NCBI GenBank assembly: GCA_963817525.1
Contig: CAWFOU010000007.1
Location: 672,001-736,000 of the forward strand
Length of the DNA: 64,000 nt
Origin: an uncultured archaeon
GTDB taxonomy: Archaea > Thermoproteota > Nitrososphaeria > Nitrososphaerales > Gagatemarchaeaceae
Reading direction: 5' to 3'
Position 1 is the stretch's first letter. Every line of letters begins with the position of its first letter. The translations under genes were made by a program, and so were the position numbers. Under the pieces are notes generated by a model. That model was not told the DNA's origin and did not search any database. It was given only the letters and a program-made list of their open reading frames with translations. This document shows, one piece after another, positions 9,795-19,838 of the stretch.

Positions 9795-11738
9795 ATGCCC
9801 GATGAGCTGCAAATGAAGCAAGAAAGGAGACTCGCCGCGATCATGTTTACTGACATGGTCGGATACACCACCCTAGCGCAGCGCAACGAGTCCCTGTCTC
9901 TGCAGCTCGTAGAAGAGCAACGGGGCCTCGTAAGGCCCGTCCTGAAGCGCCACGGCGGCAGGGAGGTAAAGACGATCGGCGACGCATTTCTCGTGGAGTT
10001 CGTCAGCGCGCTAGAGGCGCTGAGGTGCGCGACGGAGATTCAGGAAGCCATCGCCAGAAGGAACGGGTCTTCGAATCGGGGTGTGACTATGATTCAGGTA
10101 AGGATAGGGATACATGTCGGTGAGGTGATCGAGGATGGCGGCGACGTGCTGGGCGACGCTGTCAACATTGCTGCGCGCATCGAACCTCTCGCCGACCCGG
10201 GAGGGATAAGCGTCAGCAAGCAGGTCGTGGACGCGATAGGCAACAAGCTGGACGTGACGGTCGTTAAGATGTCGCATGTCGACCTGAAGAACGTCAAGAC
10301 CCCGATAGAGATATACAAGGTCCTTCCTCCGCGGAGCCCTGAAGGGGCGAAGCAGATGTCCGCAAGCCTGAGGAAGAGGGTCGCGGTCCTTCCATTCGAC
10401 AATTTCAGCCCCAACTCAGGGGATGAGTACTTCGCCGACGGACTCACGGAAGAGCTCATAGGGACGCTCTCGAAGATAAGGGAGCTCAGCGTCATCTCGA
10501 GGACCTCTGTGATGCAGTACAAAGGACGCCCGAAGCAGATGTCTGAGATAGGGAAGGAGCTCAATGCAGGCACGATCCTCGAAGGGAGCGTGAGGAAGGC
10601 CGGCGACAGGGCAAGGGTCAGCATCCAGATGATTGACGCTACCCAAGACAAGCATGTCTGGGCGGAGAGCTACGACAGAGAATTGCGGGACATCTTCGCC
10701 GTGCAGAGCGACATCGCTGAGAAGGTCGCGCAGGCCCTCAAGGTGGAGCTTCTCGCTGAGGAGAGGGATGTGATAGGGGAGGCACCGACCAAGAGCCCTG
10801 AGGCGAACCTCCTTTTCCTGAAGGGGATCCACGAGGCGGACAATGGGTCCCCTTCGGACGTGATGAGGGGCATCGAGTACTTCGAGCTCGCTGTGAAGCG
10901 TGACCCAGAGTTCGCCCTATGCTACGCAATCCTCTCCGCCCACTATGTCGGGATAGCGGGTGAGGCGATGGCCGCGGGGGAGGCTTTCACGAAAGCGAGG
11001 AGGAACCTTGAGCGTGCCCTAGAGCTCAAGCCCAAGCTCGCCGAGGCTCACAACGCAAAGGGATGGTTCGCCTTCCAACACGACTGGGATTGGGACGAGG
11101 CGGAGAGAAGTTTCGAAATGGCACTCGAGCTAAACCCCAGTCTTGCGTACGCCCACGACTGGTATGGGAGGATGCTCTCGTCTCTCGGGCGGTTCGACGA
11201 TGCCATCTCCCAGATGCGACAGGCGTACGAGCTCGACCCGGCGTCCCCGTGGATAATGGTGCGCTTCGCACTGGTGAACTGGATGGCAGGGAAGAACGAT
11301 GACGCGAGGATGATGTTCAGCAAGGCCCTCGAAGAAAATCCCAGGTTCGCTCGAGCAAGGCTGGGGCTTGGGTTCGTAAGCGCCATCGAGGGGAAGAAGG
11401 ACGATGCGATAGGCCACGCGGACGAGGCCGTCGGGATAGCGAGCGAGGCTTACTTCGTGGCCCAGCGTGCCCTGGTGCACGCGTGGGTGGGCTCGGGAAA
11501 GGCAAGAGAGATTCTGGAAGACCTCCACGCCGGGAGGTACAAGGGATATGCCGCCCCAGGCTGGCTTGCGCACATCCACTACGCTCTTGGGGACAAGGAC
11601 GAGGGGTATGAACTGGCCCGACGGTCTCATGACGAGCGCGACCCAACGATACCCTGGTCGAACAAGTGGCCGATACTCGTTCGGGCGAGAGAGGATCCGA
11701 GATACATGGCACTCTTGCACGAGATGAGGCTTCCTTGA
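9795..11738 (+). CDS. Class III adenylate/guanylate cyclase with TolB-like and TPR domains
   Basis: AIMFTDMVGYT, KTIGDA, RIGIHVG, GDAVNIAARI; VAVLPFDN..EYFADGLTEELI; TPR repeats. Confidence 0.92.
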   Translation: MPDELQMKQERRLAAIMFTDMVGYTTLAQRNESLSLQLVEEQRGLVRPVLKRHGGREVKTIGDAFLVEFVSALEALRCATEIQEAIARRNGSSNRGVTMIQVRIGIHVGEVIEDGGDVLGDAVNIAARIEPLADPGGISVSKQVVDAIGNKLDVTVVKMSHVDLKNVKTPIEIYKVLPPRSPEGAKQMSASLRKRVAVLPFDNFSPNSGDEYFADGLTEELIGTLSKIRELSVISRTSVMQYKGRPKQMSEIGKELNAGTILEGSVRKAGDRARVSIQMIDATQDKHVWAESYDRELRDIFAVQSDIAEKVAQALKVELLAEERDVIGEAPTKSPEANLLFLKGIHEADNGSPSDVMRGIEYFELAVKRDPEFALCYAILSAHYVGIAGEAMAAGEAFTKARRNLERALELKPKLAEAHNAKGWFAFQHDWDWDEAERSFEMALELNPSLAYAHDWYGRMLSSLGRFDDAISQMRQAYELDPASPWIMVRFALVNWMAGKNDDARMMFSKALEENPRFARARLGLGFVSAIEGKKDDAIGHADEAVGIASEAYFVAQRALVHAWVGSGKAREILEDLHAGRYKGYAAPGWLAHIHYALGDKDEGYELARRSHDERDPTIPWSNKWPILVRAREDPRYMALLHEMRLP

Positions 11739-11769
11739 TGCCTGCGGCGATTCCAATGGTCTGCCATAG

Positions 11770-12456
11770 TTGAAGGTCGGGGTCCTCTTCTCAGGTGGGA
11801 AGGACAGCACCTACGCAGCATACCTCGCGAGGCGCAACGGCGACGAGTTGTGCTGCCTGATTACCCTCTCCCCCCTGAGGTCTGACTCGTACATGTTCCA
11901 CTACCCGAACGTACGGTGGACGGCCCTTCAGGCCGAGGCGATGCACCTCCCCCAAGTCACCCTGGAGACGGAGGGGGTGAAGGAGGAGGAGCTCGCCGAC
12001 CTCAGCAAGGCGATAGAGCTCGCGAAGCGTGACCATTCGATCGAGGGGGTTTACACGGGGGCCCTCGCAAGCGTGTATCAAAAGTCCAGGGTGGAGAGGA
12101 TATGCGACGAGCTCGACGTGAAAGCGGTCTCGCCCCTCTGGCACATCGATCCCATAGCCCACCTGAGGAACATAGTCGCGAGCGGGTTCGAGGTGATCAT
12201 GACTGGCGTGGCGGCGCTCGGGCTCGACGAAAGCTGGCTGGGGAGGGCGCTGGACGAGGGCGCGATACGTGACCTGGCGAGGCTCCAAGAGAGGTACGGC
12301 GTCAACCCGGGGCTGGAGGGAGGGGAGGGCGAGACGTTCGTCTTGGACTGCCCCCTCTTCGCTCAAAGGGTAGCCGTGGCCTCCTCGAAGAAGCACTGGC
12401 ATGGGGACGCAGGATACCTCGAGATACTAGACGCGCGGCTGGCCGTGAAGGGCTAG
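11770..12456 (+). CDS. dph6: Diphthine--ammonia ligase (PP-loop ATP pyrophosphatase)
   Basis: LFSGGKDS, SYMFH, EGGEGETFVLD. Confidence 0.88.
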   Translation: MKVGVLFSGGKDSTYAAYLARRNGDELCCLITLSPLRSDSYMFHYPNVRWTALQAEAMHLPQVTLETEGVKEEELADLSKAIELAKRDHSIEGVYTGALASVYQKSRVERICDELDVKAVSPLWHIDPIAHLRNIVASGFEVIMTGVAALGLDESWLGRALDEGAIRDLARLQERYGVNPGLEGGEGETFVLDCPLFAQRVAVASSKKHWHGDAGYLEILDARLAVKG

Positions 12457-12598
12457 CGGCGTTCGAGACTAGCTCTATCGGTATTGGATCTCGTCAGTGG
12501 ACGTTCCTCAGACGGCTCTTCCGTTGACCTCATCTAGAGCTAGCCTTCGCTCGGCGACATCCCCGACTAATAACGATATGACCTTGTGCGAGACTAGG

Positions 12599-13000
12599 CT
12601 AGCCCGTGCCCTTAATCCGCATTACCTTGCTCCTCCCCATGACCGCCCAGACCTCCACCTCGACCCCGGGCTGCATCTTCCCCTGGAATTCCGGCTCGGT
12701 CGGCGTCGTGCTCTCAGTGACCTCGAAGGACTGCAGGTCCATGAGCTGGACGCTGGTCGGCGTCGCGGAGATCACCTGCGCGGCCCTCTTGTCGATCATG
12801 GGCACCTCGATGTGGGTGTCGACCGTCCCGATGACGGTCTTCTTGGAGCCGGTGAATATCGCAATACCCGTGAGCCTGACCTTCGCGCTCCCGTGCTTCC
12901 CCGGCTTGCTCTTCTCTACCTCGACCACCTTGCAGGGCTCTCCGTCGATGACGATGTAGCTGCCCTCCTTCAAGCTGCCAAGGTCGGCTGGTCTGCTCAA
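12599..13000 (-). CDS. eif5a: Translation factor aIF5A
   Basis: KSKPGKHGSAK hypusine motif. Confidence 0.97.
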   Translation of the reverse strand: MSRPADLGSLKEGSYIVIDGEPCKVVEVEKSKPGKHGSAKVRLTGIAIFTGSKKTVIGTVDTHIEVPMIDKRAAQVISATPTSVQLMDLQSFEVTESTTPTEPEFQGKMQPGVEVEVWAVMGRSKVMRIKGTG

Positions 13001-13251
13001 GCGCTCTGCGCACGACTTTTCGCGACTCGGTAATTAAGCCTTGAACCCCCCATTGAGTGCAAAACAGGGGCCGTCCGCCTCCGATTGAGCGCGACGCTCG
13101 CCCCTTCGAGCTATAGACTACCTAATCACACATTATTTATTACACGAGTCTTGGGGTGGGAAGCGTATTGCGAGGACGCAAGGAAAGTACTGCCAGAGGG
13201 GATGGCCGCGCCGACCCCGCCGGACGCCGCAGGCGCAGCGCATAGCCTGCC

Positions 13252-13779
13252 GTGACTAGTGACAGTGAAAGCCAGTTTTTGAACGAAAAGATCCACGTGC
13301 TAGACTCGACTGCCTTTTACGCGGGCATCCCTTTCCAGGGCGAAGGCAAGTACTTCACCACCTACCAGGTGCTCGACGAAGTGCGGGGAAGGGGCATAGG
13401 CGCCCAACTGATCCACTCGAGGGTGCAGGTGACGGAGCCCTCCAAGGAATCGGTGCAGAAGGTCAAGGAGGCCTCCACGAGGACGGGAGACCAAAAGTCC
13501 CTCTCGGAGGCGGACACCTCCATCCTCGCCGTCACGCTCGACCTCGTGAACTCCAGACGCGGCGAAGAGGTGGTCCTTGTGACCGACGACTTTGCGGTCA
13601 GGAACGTCGCCGAGGTGATAGGGATCAACCTCTCGGAGACCTCGATACGTGGCGAGTGGAAGAGGATAACATGGGTGACCTACTGCAAGGGGTGCGGCAA
13701 GGAGTACCTCGACCCGAAGCGCTCGGTGTGCGAGGTCTGCGGGACGAAGCTGTCCAGGAAGCCCAGGCCCTCCAACTGA
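13252..13779 (+). CDS. nob1: Nob1 family PIN endonuclease with Zn ribbon
   Basis: VLDSTAF, LSEAD, TDDFAVRNVA, CKGC...CEVCG. Confidence 0.9.
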   Translation: MTSDSESQFLNEKIHVLDSTAFYAGIPFQGEGKYFTTYQVLDEVRGRGIGAQLIHSRVQVTEPSKESVQKVKEASTRTGDQKSLSEADTSILAVTLDLVNSRRGEEVVLVTDDFAVRNVAEVIGINLSETSIRGEWKRITWVTYCKGCGKEYLDPKRSVCEVCGTKLSRKPRPSN

Positions 13780-13826
13780 CCGACTCGCTCTTTTAATAAC
13801 GGGAGATTTTCTGGCCCAATTCTGTT

Positions 13827-13898
13827 GGGCTGGTAGTTCAGCGGTAGAATGCCTGCCTCGCACGCAGGAGGTCAGGGGTTCAAATCCCCTCCAGTCCA
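13827..13898 (+). tRNA. tRNA-Ala(CGC)
   Basis: Cloverleaf GGGCTGG/CCAGTCC with G3:U70, anticodon arm CCTGC-CT CGC AC-GCAGG, GTTCAAATC; TATA-like TTTTAATA upstream. Confidence 0.97.
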
Positions 13899-13933
13899 CA
13901 TATTCTCTCTGCTGGCAGTTGTATTGGCGCTAA

Positions 13934-14710
13934 TCATCGAATCTTGCAGATCTCGGGCATCTGTCTCTTGTGCTCCGAGGCCTTGTATTTCGCGAGGATG
14001 GCGTCGAGCTTCGGACGGCTAAGCTTCAACCTCGTAGCCACCGCCGATGTGGTGAGCCCCTCTTCGAGCTTGAGCTTGAACACCTGGTCGACGACGTCGT
14101 AGGTGCTGCCTATCTCGTCCTCGGCTATGTGCCCGGGCCAGAGCCTCGGGCTGCTGCGCTTCGCCACAATCCGCCTGTTTATTCCCAGCGCCTCCCCGAG
14201 CCTCCTCACCTCCGTCTTGTAGAGGTCGGCGATCGGGAGGATGTCGACCCCGCCGTCGCCGTACTTTGTGAAGTATCCGAGGAGGAGCTCCGATCGGTCC
14301 CCCGTGCCGACGACCAACCTGTTCGTCATGTTGGCATGGTAGTAGAGGAGGGACATCCTGATCCGCGCTCTGAGGTTCCCCTCGGCGAGCCGGTTGGACT
14401 CTAACGACTTCATGTACGCCTTGTGGATTGGGGCGACGTCGATCTCCTTCACCTCGATGCAGAGCTCGCTCGCGACGAGCTTCGCATCCCTGACGTCCTC
14501 GTCGGGGGTGGCCCTGAGGTCTGGCATTATCAGCCCCATGACCCGCCGGCTGCCAAGGGCCTCCACGCAAAGGTAGGCGGTGACGGCGGAGTCTATCCCC
14601 CCGCTGATGCCAAGGACCGCCCCCTCGGCCTGACTCTCCTCCACCTTCTTCTTGATGAAGGAGACGATCCTGCGCTTGACGGAGGAGTGGTCGAGCTCTG
14701 TGGCTAGCAA
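13934..14710 (-). CDS. nadE: NH3-dependent NAD+ synthetase (probable TTG start 14710)
   Basis: LGISGGIDSA, GNLRARIRM, GYFTKYGDG. Confidence 0.95.
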   Translation of the reverse strand: MLATELDHSSVKRRIVSFIKKKVEESQAEGAVLGISGGIDSAVTAYLCVEALGSRRVMGLIMPDLRATPDEDVRDAKLVASELCIEVKEIDVAPIHKAYMKSLESNRLAEGNLRARIRMSLLYYHANMTNRLVVGTGDRSELLLGYFTKYGDGGVDILPIADLYKTEVRRLGEALGINRRIVAKRSSPRLWPGHIAEDEIGSTYDVVDQVFKLKLEEGLTTSAVATRLKLSRPKLDAILAKYKASEHKRQMPEICKIR

Positions 14711-14866
14711 GGAGTCGTTCTCTGGCTGACGAAGTTGAAATAGTTTCTCTTTTTTTGGCTGGTTCTGTGGAGCCTCACAGGCCCGCGCCCGCTCCAAAGC
14801 CACCATCAGCAGAGCAATCTACCCAAAACGTCAAATGACTCCGACCCACTCTACACCAAGTGCCTC

Positions 14867-15514
14867 ATGAAGCCTCGCAACCATGCTTCCGCGGGTGCAA
14901 CCAGCTATCTGGCGGTGGCCTTGGTCGTAGCAGTCGCGGCCGTGGCCGCAATTGGGGTGTTCGAGCTTTCTCCGACCTCTTCGGCTAACACTTCATCCGC
15001 GACAAGCGTATCCAATATTGCCGCGGGGCCGTCATCGTCGGCTCAGAACACGACGGCTACTTCGTCTCCAGCTGACAATGACTTCAACAACAACCACCTG
15101 TCCGACTCTTGCGGGAACGCGGTGTTCCCGGTGCTCGGACAGCAAGAGAACGGGTCAATCTTCCTCAAGATCCTGACCGACCAAGGCTCGCTTGTCACAA
15201 ACGGCTCGGTCCTAGTCACCCATTCGGTATCGGCAAACAGGACGACCTATTGTCTCCGCCTGGAACCAAACGCGAACGGGTTCGTCGAGCTTGCGAACGA
15301 CGGTCTCCCTCAGGCTGGCATTTACAACCTGACTTTTGCGGCGGGATACGACCAGGGACCGGGGACTTGGGCTTCTGTATATCTCTTCTCTGTCCAGCCG
15401 AACACGTCAATCTACGTCACCGTCTCGGTCCCTTCTAGGGATGCGCTGATAGTCACCTCGACGACAGGGAACAGCACCGTCGCCACAGTGACCACGACCG
15501 CGGTACCACAATGA
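14867..15514 (+). CDS. Membrane-anchored Ser/Thr-rich extracellular hypothetical protein
   Basis: N-terminal TM helix, S/T linker, beta-rich domain with Cys. Confidence 0.65.
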   Translation: MKPRNHASAGATSYLAVALVVAVAAVAAIGVFELSPTSSANTSSATSVSNIAAGPSSSAQNTTATSSPADNDFNNNHLSDSCGNAVFPVLGQQENGSIFLKILTDQGSLVTNGSVLVTHSVSANRTTYCLRLEPNANGFVELANDGLPQAGIYNLTFAAGYDQGPGTWASVYLFSVQPNTSIYVTVSVPSRDALIVTSTTGNSTVATVTTTAVPQ

Positions 15515-15632
15515 CGACGACGTTCGACCCCAAGAGTGATCTGACGCCCTAAAACTCCCTCTAATCCAGCCTCAATCTATCGGCGGATTCAGGCCTGAAA
15601 TAGTTTTTCTATGGGGAGACGACACACGGGAC

Positions 15633-16853
15633 ATGGCGAAGAGGGACCTCAGAGACCGGCTCTTCTGGCTGGCGAACGAGGCCGAGATCAAGGATGCCAA
15701 GACCACCGACATCTACTTCCTCAACACCAAGGAAATTCTGACGAAGAACCACATAGACTCGGAGGTCGTGATGGAGGTCTTCGCGCGAGACCTCCCTGAG
15801 GAAGGCACGTGGGGAGTCCTTACTGGCGTCTACGAGGTCGCGAAGCTCCTTGAGGGGCTGCCCGTCGACGTCTGGGCCTTCGACGAGGGGTCGATCTTCG
15901 TGGCCGACGGGAGGGGCGCCCTGTACGAGCCCGTGATGACCATCTCGGGGAGGTACAGGGACTTTGTCGAGTACGAGAACCCGATCCTTGGCCTTCTAGC
16001 GTCCTCGTCGAGCGTCTCCACGAAGGCGTCGAGATTCAGGGTCGCCGCAGGAGACAGGCAGGTCATTAGCTTCGGGACGAGGAGAGTGCACCCCGCGCTC
16101 GCCCCGCTCATCGAAAGGTGCTGCTACATCGCGGGCTTCGACGGGGTGTCCAACGTCCTCGGCGGCAGACTGCTGGGCGTGGAGCCGTCCGGCACCATGC
16201 CGCACGCGCTGGTACAGGTAGTCGGGGACCAGGAGAAGGCGTGGAGGCTCTTCGACGATACCATGCCAAAAGCCGTGAAGCGGACCGCCCTCGTCGACAC
16301 CTTCTGGGACGAGAAGACCGAGGCCATCAAGGCCTTCGAGACGCTCGGGAAGAACCTGTGGGGGGTCAGGATCGACACGCCGTCCTCCAGGAGGGGGAAC
16401 TTCAGGCAGATCATCGAGGAGGTAAGGTGGGAGCTGAAGATCAGGGGCGGCGGCGACGTCAAGATATTCGTCTCGGGTAGGCTGAGCGAGGAGGACGTGG
16501 TCCAGCTCAAGGACATCGTCGACGGGTTCGGGGTGGGGACGGCCGTCGCATACCCGCCGAGCATCGACTTTAGCGCCAAGATAGTGGAGGTCCGCGAGAA
16601 GGGCAAGACCTACCTCAGGGGCAAGAGGGGAGGGCTCGGCGGCAGGAAGGACGTCCACAGGTCGAAGGGTTTCAGGGACACTGTCGCCTTCCACGGCTCG
16701 GCTCCCCCCAAGGGGTCGAAGCAGATGCTGAAGCAGATAATCGACAAGGGCGAGCTGACGGCCGGCTTTCAGAGCATCGACTCGATTCGCGAGAGGGTCG
16801 CGAGGGAGCTCCGCGAGGTCACCCAGGCCCAGCCCTCGCTCGTCTGGGGTTAG
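15633..16853 (+). CDS. pncB: Nicotinate phosphoribosyltransferase
   Basis: TTDIYF, SFGTRR, GTMPHAL, LVDTF, VRIDTPSSRRG, FGVGT. Confidence 0.95.
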   Translation: MAKRDLRDRLFWLANEAEIKDAKTTDIYFLNTKEILTKNHIDSEVVMEVFARDLPEEGTWGVLTGVYEVAKLLEGLPVDVWAFDEGSIFVADGRGALYEPVMTISGRYRDFVEYENPILGLLASSSSVSTKASRFRVAAGDRQVISFGTRRVHPALAPLIERCCYIAGFDGVSNVLGGRLLGVEPSGTMPHALVQVVGDQEKAWRLFDDTMPKAVKRTALVDTFWDEKTEAIKAFETLGKNLWGVRIDTPSSRRGNFRQIIEEVRWELKIRGGGDVKIFVSGRLSEEDVVQLKDIVDGFGVGTAVAYPPSIDFSAKIVEVREKGKTYLRGKRGGLGGRKDVHRSKGFRDTVAFHGSAPPKGSKQMLKQIIDKGELTAGFQSIDSIRERVARELREVTQAQPSLVWG

Positions 16854-16869
16854 GCTCGGGGAGATGGTC

Positions 16870-16940
16870 GACGCGTGGCAGTTTCGTCTTCATCCTGACT
16901 CGCGTCAGTCGAGGTTGCCCGTCGAAGCACGCCACGCGTC
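16870..16940 (-). ncRNA. Putative small structured ncRNA (non-tRNA); integration target
   Basis: 10-bp closing stem GACGCGTGGC/GCCACGCGTC, second stem, two hairpins capped by GNRA loops (GCAA, GCGA) on minus strand. Confidence 0.5.
16925..16940 (+). repeat. attL of outer element, AAGCACGCCACGCGTC
   Basis: Perfect 16-bp direct repeat with 30620-30635; 12 bp upstream of integrase ORF. Confidence 0.85.
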
Positions 16941-16952
16941 CCTTGCCCTACG

Positions 16953-18185
16953 ATGTTAAAACGCTATTCAAGCTATCGGGACGGTGAAGACGGGACGCTA
17001 TACAACTACGACTACTGGCTGAAGAACGCCTGGGAGATGCTCGACCGCTCGCCCAAGGTCAGCCAGCAGGACAAGGAGCGGGTTAGGGCGTTCGTCGAGA
17101 ACCTCAGAGTGAGGGCCCTGGGGACGGGGAGGCTCGCCAAGCACGTCCAGAAGCTCAAGGTGATGCTCGAGATCCTCGACGTCCCGCTTGACAGGGCGAC
17201 CAGGGCGGACGTCGAGAGGCTGGTCCTCGCGCTAGAGGAGAGGCACCTCCGCCCGGTCACCCTGATAGACTACCTCTTCATCATCAAGCGGTTCTTCAAG
17301 TTCGTGAAGTACGGGAACGTGGACAGGGAGACCCCCTACCCGGCGGAGGTGGCCTGGATCAAGAGGAGGATGAAGCCCAGCGAGGGCAGGACGGCCGAGT
17401 TCCTCACGCCCTCGGAGGTGAAGGCCATGATAGCAGCCGCCGAGAAGACGCGCGACAAGGCGATGATAGCCGTCGGGTTCGAGGGCGGGTTCAGGACGGG
17501 CGAGCTCCTGGGCCTCGAGATCCGCGACCTCTCGTTCGACGAGATGGGGGTGAAGGCGAAGGTGAGGGGAAAGACGGGAGAGCGGATCGTGAGGCTGATA
17601 TCGAGCGCGCCCCTCCTGACCGCATACCTCGAGACCCACCCGGAGTCGTCGGACCCCAGCGCGCCGCTGTGGCTCACGGAGGTGGGGAACTGGAAGAACA
17701 AGAGGGTCTCGTGGAGGGGGTGGAACGGCTCGCTCCAGTACATCGCGAAGAAGGCGGGCATCAGGGGAAAGCGCATCCACAGCTACCTCCTGCGGCACGG
17801 CTCGGCCACCGACGCGGCGAAGTATCTCTCCGACGCGGAGATGAAGGTGAGGTACGGCTGGACGATGGACTCGGGGATGCCGGCGGTCTACGTCCACCTG
17901 AGCTCCCAAGACCTGGACCCAAAGCTCGCGAGGATGTACTCAGGGAGGCCCCTGGAGCCGCAGAGGCCCGAGTTCGCCCCCGACGCCTGCCCAAGGTGCT
18001 CAGAGAAGAACACCCCAGGGATGAAGTTCTGCGGGAGGTGCGGTACGCCGCTGAATCGTGCTGAATTGGCCAAATCCTCGATCGAGACGCAGGAGATGAA
18101 GAACGACCTCCAAGACATCAAGAGGCTGCTCAGCGGATACCTCTCTCCAGGCTCACAAAACCCAACCGGAGGTAATGACAACTGA
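16953..18185 (+). CDS. Tyrosine integrase with C-terminal zinc ribbon
   Basis: GFEGGFRTGELL, KGKTG-like RGKTGER, HSYLLRHGSAT, RYGW...MPAVYVHL, CPRC...CGRCG. Confidence 0.93.
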   Translation: MLKRYSSYRDGEDGTLYNYDYWLKNAWEMLDRSPKVSQQDKERVRAFVENLRVRALGTGRLAKHVQKLKVMLEILDVPLDRATRADVERLVLALEERHLRPVTLIDYLFIIKRFFKFVKYGNVDRETPYPAEVAWIKRRMKPSEGRTAEFLTPSEVKAMIAAAEKTRDKAMIAVGFEGGFRTGELLGLEIRDLSFDEMGVKAKVRGKTGERIVRLISSAPLLTAYLETHPESSDPSAPLWLTEVGNWKNKRVSWRGWNGSLQYIAKKAGIRGKRIHSYLLRHGSATDAAKYLSDAEMKVRYGWTMDSGMPAVYVHLSSQDLDPKLARMYSGRPLEPQRPEFAPDACPRCSEKNTPGMKFCGRCGTPLNRAELAKSSIETQEMKNDLQDIKRLLSGYLSPGSQNPTGGNDN

Positions 18186-18266
18186 TTCGGGACAGTGAAG
18201 CGATGACCAAGGCCACCATGTGCTTCTCTGCCCGCCGCAGGTGCCTACCAACAGCATGAAACACAC

Positions 18267-18464
18267 TCAACCGATGTGCCTCTCGAGCCTCTCGACAAGC
18301 GCCAGAACCCTCTCCAGATCAGAGCGCTTGACGCGAATGTAGGGCTCTTCCACGTCTGATGGGCCCCGGTTTTCGCCGGCATGCGAGTTGAAAACGGCGG
18401 CGTCTTTGACCTTGGAAAGGGAGACAAGTCCGACGTCCGGATCCAGATTACTTGAGGCCTTCAT
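18267..18464 (-). CDS. Small hypothetical protein or fragment
   Basis: 65-aa ORF with amphipathic C-terminus; no recognisable family. Confidence 0.25.
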   Translation of the reverse strand: MKASSNLDPDVGLVSLSKVKDAAVFNSHAGENRGPSDVEEPYIRVKRSDLERVLALVERLERHIG

Positions 18465-18596
18465 GGATGTCTGGGCACACGCGACTTTTAACGACGGTGA
18501 GCAAGGACGAGATGCTGGCGATGGTAGGGGCTTTCGCAGCCGCGCTACCCAGTTGGTACAACGAAATCATGGCTGCCGCGGCCACTTGATCCGTTC

Positions 18597-19385
18597 TCAA
18601 GATGCGCGGAAGTACGCGAAGACAAGCGCGCCCCATTCGTCCTCCGCCAGAACCGTGTATGTCCCAGGGTGGAAGCTTGTGAACGTATCTCCCTGATAGT
18701 ACCCAGAGACGGTCAAGGGATTCAAATTATAGGTCGCTGTGGCATTCCCTGTCGGGCATGGACTCACGCCGACGCAGCCGTATGAGGCGCCCCCGTCGCT
18801 CGTCGGTTGGAAGAGAAACCCAGTCGGGTTCCCGTACCCGAAGTACACCGGGCAGTTGGGCGTGGCTAAGGGGTCGACAAGGTCCAGCTGCCTTGCAGCT
18901 GTGACGTTTGATGACGTATAGTATCCCTCGGCCATGGCGAAACGTACGGTGTCGCTCCCGCAGACTGCCACGTTGGTCCCGTTAATAGGGACCGCCCAGT
19001 CGTTCGCGGACGTAACATTGGCAGTGGACGAAGAAGGATTGTAGACGTCGGCGAACAAGCTCACGTTCACCCCTGTCGCGGATGACGATGAGGCGTTCAG
19101 ATAGAGTCGGAGTTCAAGGCCGTTCGTGGGATTAGTAGCTGTCGTCGCTGTCAACGTTGAGGTCGCTGTTGTGGTTGACGTCGTAATCAAAGTCGTGGTC
19201 AAGGTTGAGGTCGACGTGCTGGTCGACACGACCGTCTCGGTCGCGGTAAGCGTCGTGGTCGATGGATGTGTGAAGGGAGGCTGGCCGATGACGACCACGG
19301 CAAGAGCGGCGGCAAGTATCACAGCGATCAAAGACAGGCCCACTATCGCTCCTGCGATTGCAGGGCTGCGCCGCCGAGACGACAT
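18597..19385 (-). CDS. Membrane-anchored Thr-rich extracellular hypothetical protein
   Basis: TM helix, poly-Thr linker, NGLELRLYLN...GTYTVLAEDEWG C-terminal domain. Confidence 0.75.
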   Translation of the reverse strand: MSSRRRSPAIAGAIVGLSLIAVILAAALAVVVIGQPPFTHPSTTTLTATETVVSTSTSTSTLTTTLITTSTTTATSTLTATTATNPTNGLELRLYLNASSSSATGVNVSLFADVYNPSSSTANVTSANDWAVPINGTNVAVCGSDTVRFAMAEGYYTSSNVTAARQLDLVDPLATPNCPVYFGYGNPTGFLFQPTSDGGASYGCVGVSPCPTGNATATYNLNPLTVSGYYQGDTFTSFHPGTYTVLAEDEWGALVFAYFRAS

Positions 19386-19489
19386 GGCTGTCTAGGCGAA
19401 AAGACCAAGGCTCGTTTTAAATCGTTTGGAAGAATCGTCGGGTTCAGCTTCATTGGCAGGGTTGTAGGCTGAGCTGGATTAATTGGGCT

Positions 19490-19705
19490 GGTCGGAGCCC
19501 GTCGTCCCCGACCATGTTCCCCTGGACCTTGGGCCTGAACCCGCAGAAGGTGATGAGGGAGATTGAGGCCTTCGCCCTGATGTCGGCACGTCGAGGATTC
19601 TCCTGAGCTCCTGCCGGGTGCGAGGCACCTCTTTTCTCGTACGTGTAGTCCAAGGCGCCGTAGATTCTGATGCTCTTGGGGGTCTCGATCGAGAGCGAGT
19701 TGTCG
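19490..19705 (-). pseudogene. Frameshifted fragment of an integrase paralogous to 19916..21205
   Basis: Across frameshifts reads IRIYGA...TRQELRRILDV/ADIRAKASISLITFCGFRPKVQGNMVGDDGLR, aligning by eye to VNIKGT...[43 protein letters not shown]. Confidence 0.75.
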
Positions 19706-19838
19706 ATTGTAGTGATGAGACGACAGCTAAAGACGGTCAGACAAATCCGTCAAGCTCACTGCCAAGGTCCGGGTTAGCTTGCATCGACCGAAACGCGGAC
19801 TTTTTAGCGTCGTCCCCCCGGTAGGATTCTCCTAAAAT

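Noticed and set aside
12469-12543. 9-bp inverted repeat CTAGCTCTA/TAGAGCTAG as a MITE
   Set aside because: Single copy between convergent genes, no TSD; likely terminator or chance
13151-13255. 34-aa uORF overlapping the nob1 start
   Set aside because: No recognisable motif and starts too close to the TATA-like box; unsupported
15552-15568. Weak resemblance to tRNA-Ala 3' end
   Set aside because: Several mismatches, and it would enclose housekeeping nadE
16870-16940. Hammerhead ribozyme or tRNA identity
   Set aside because: Lacks an intact CUGANGA core in the required geometry and has no cloverleaf or T-loop
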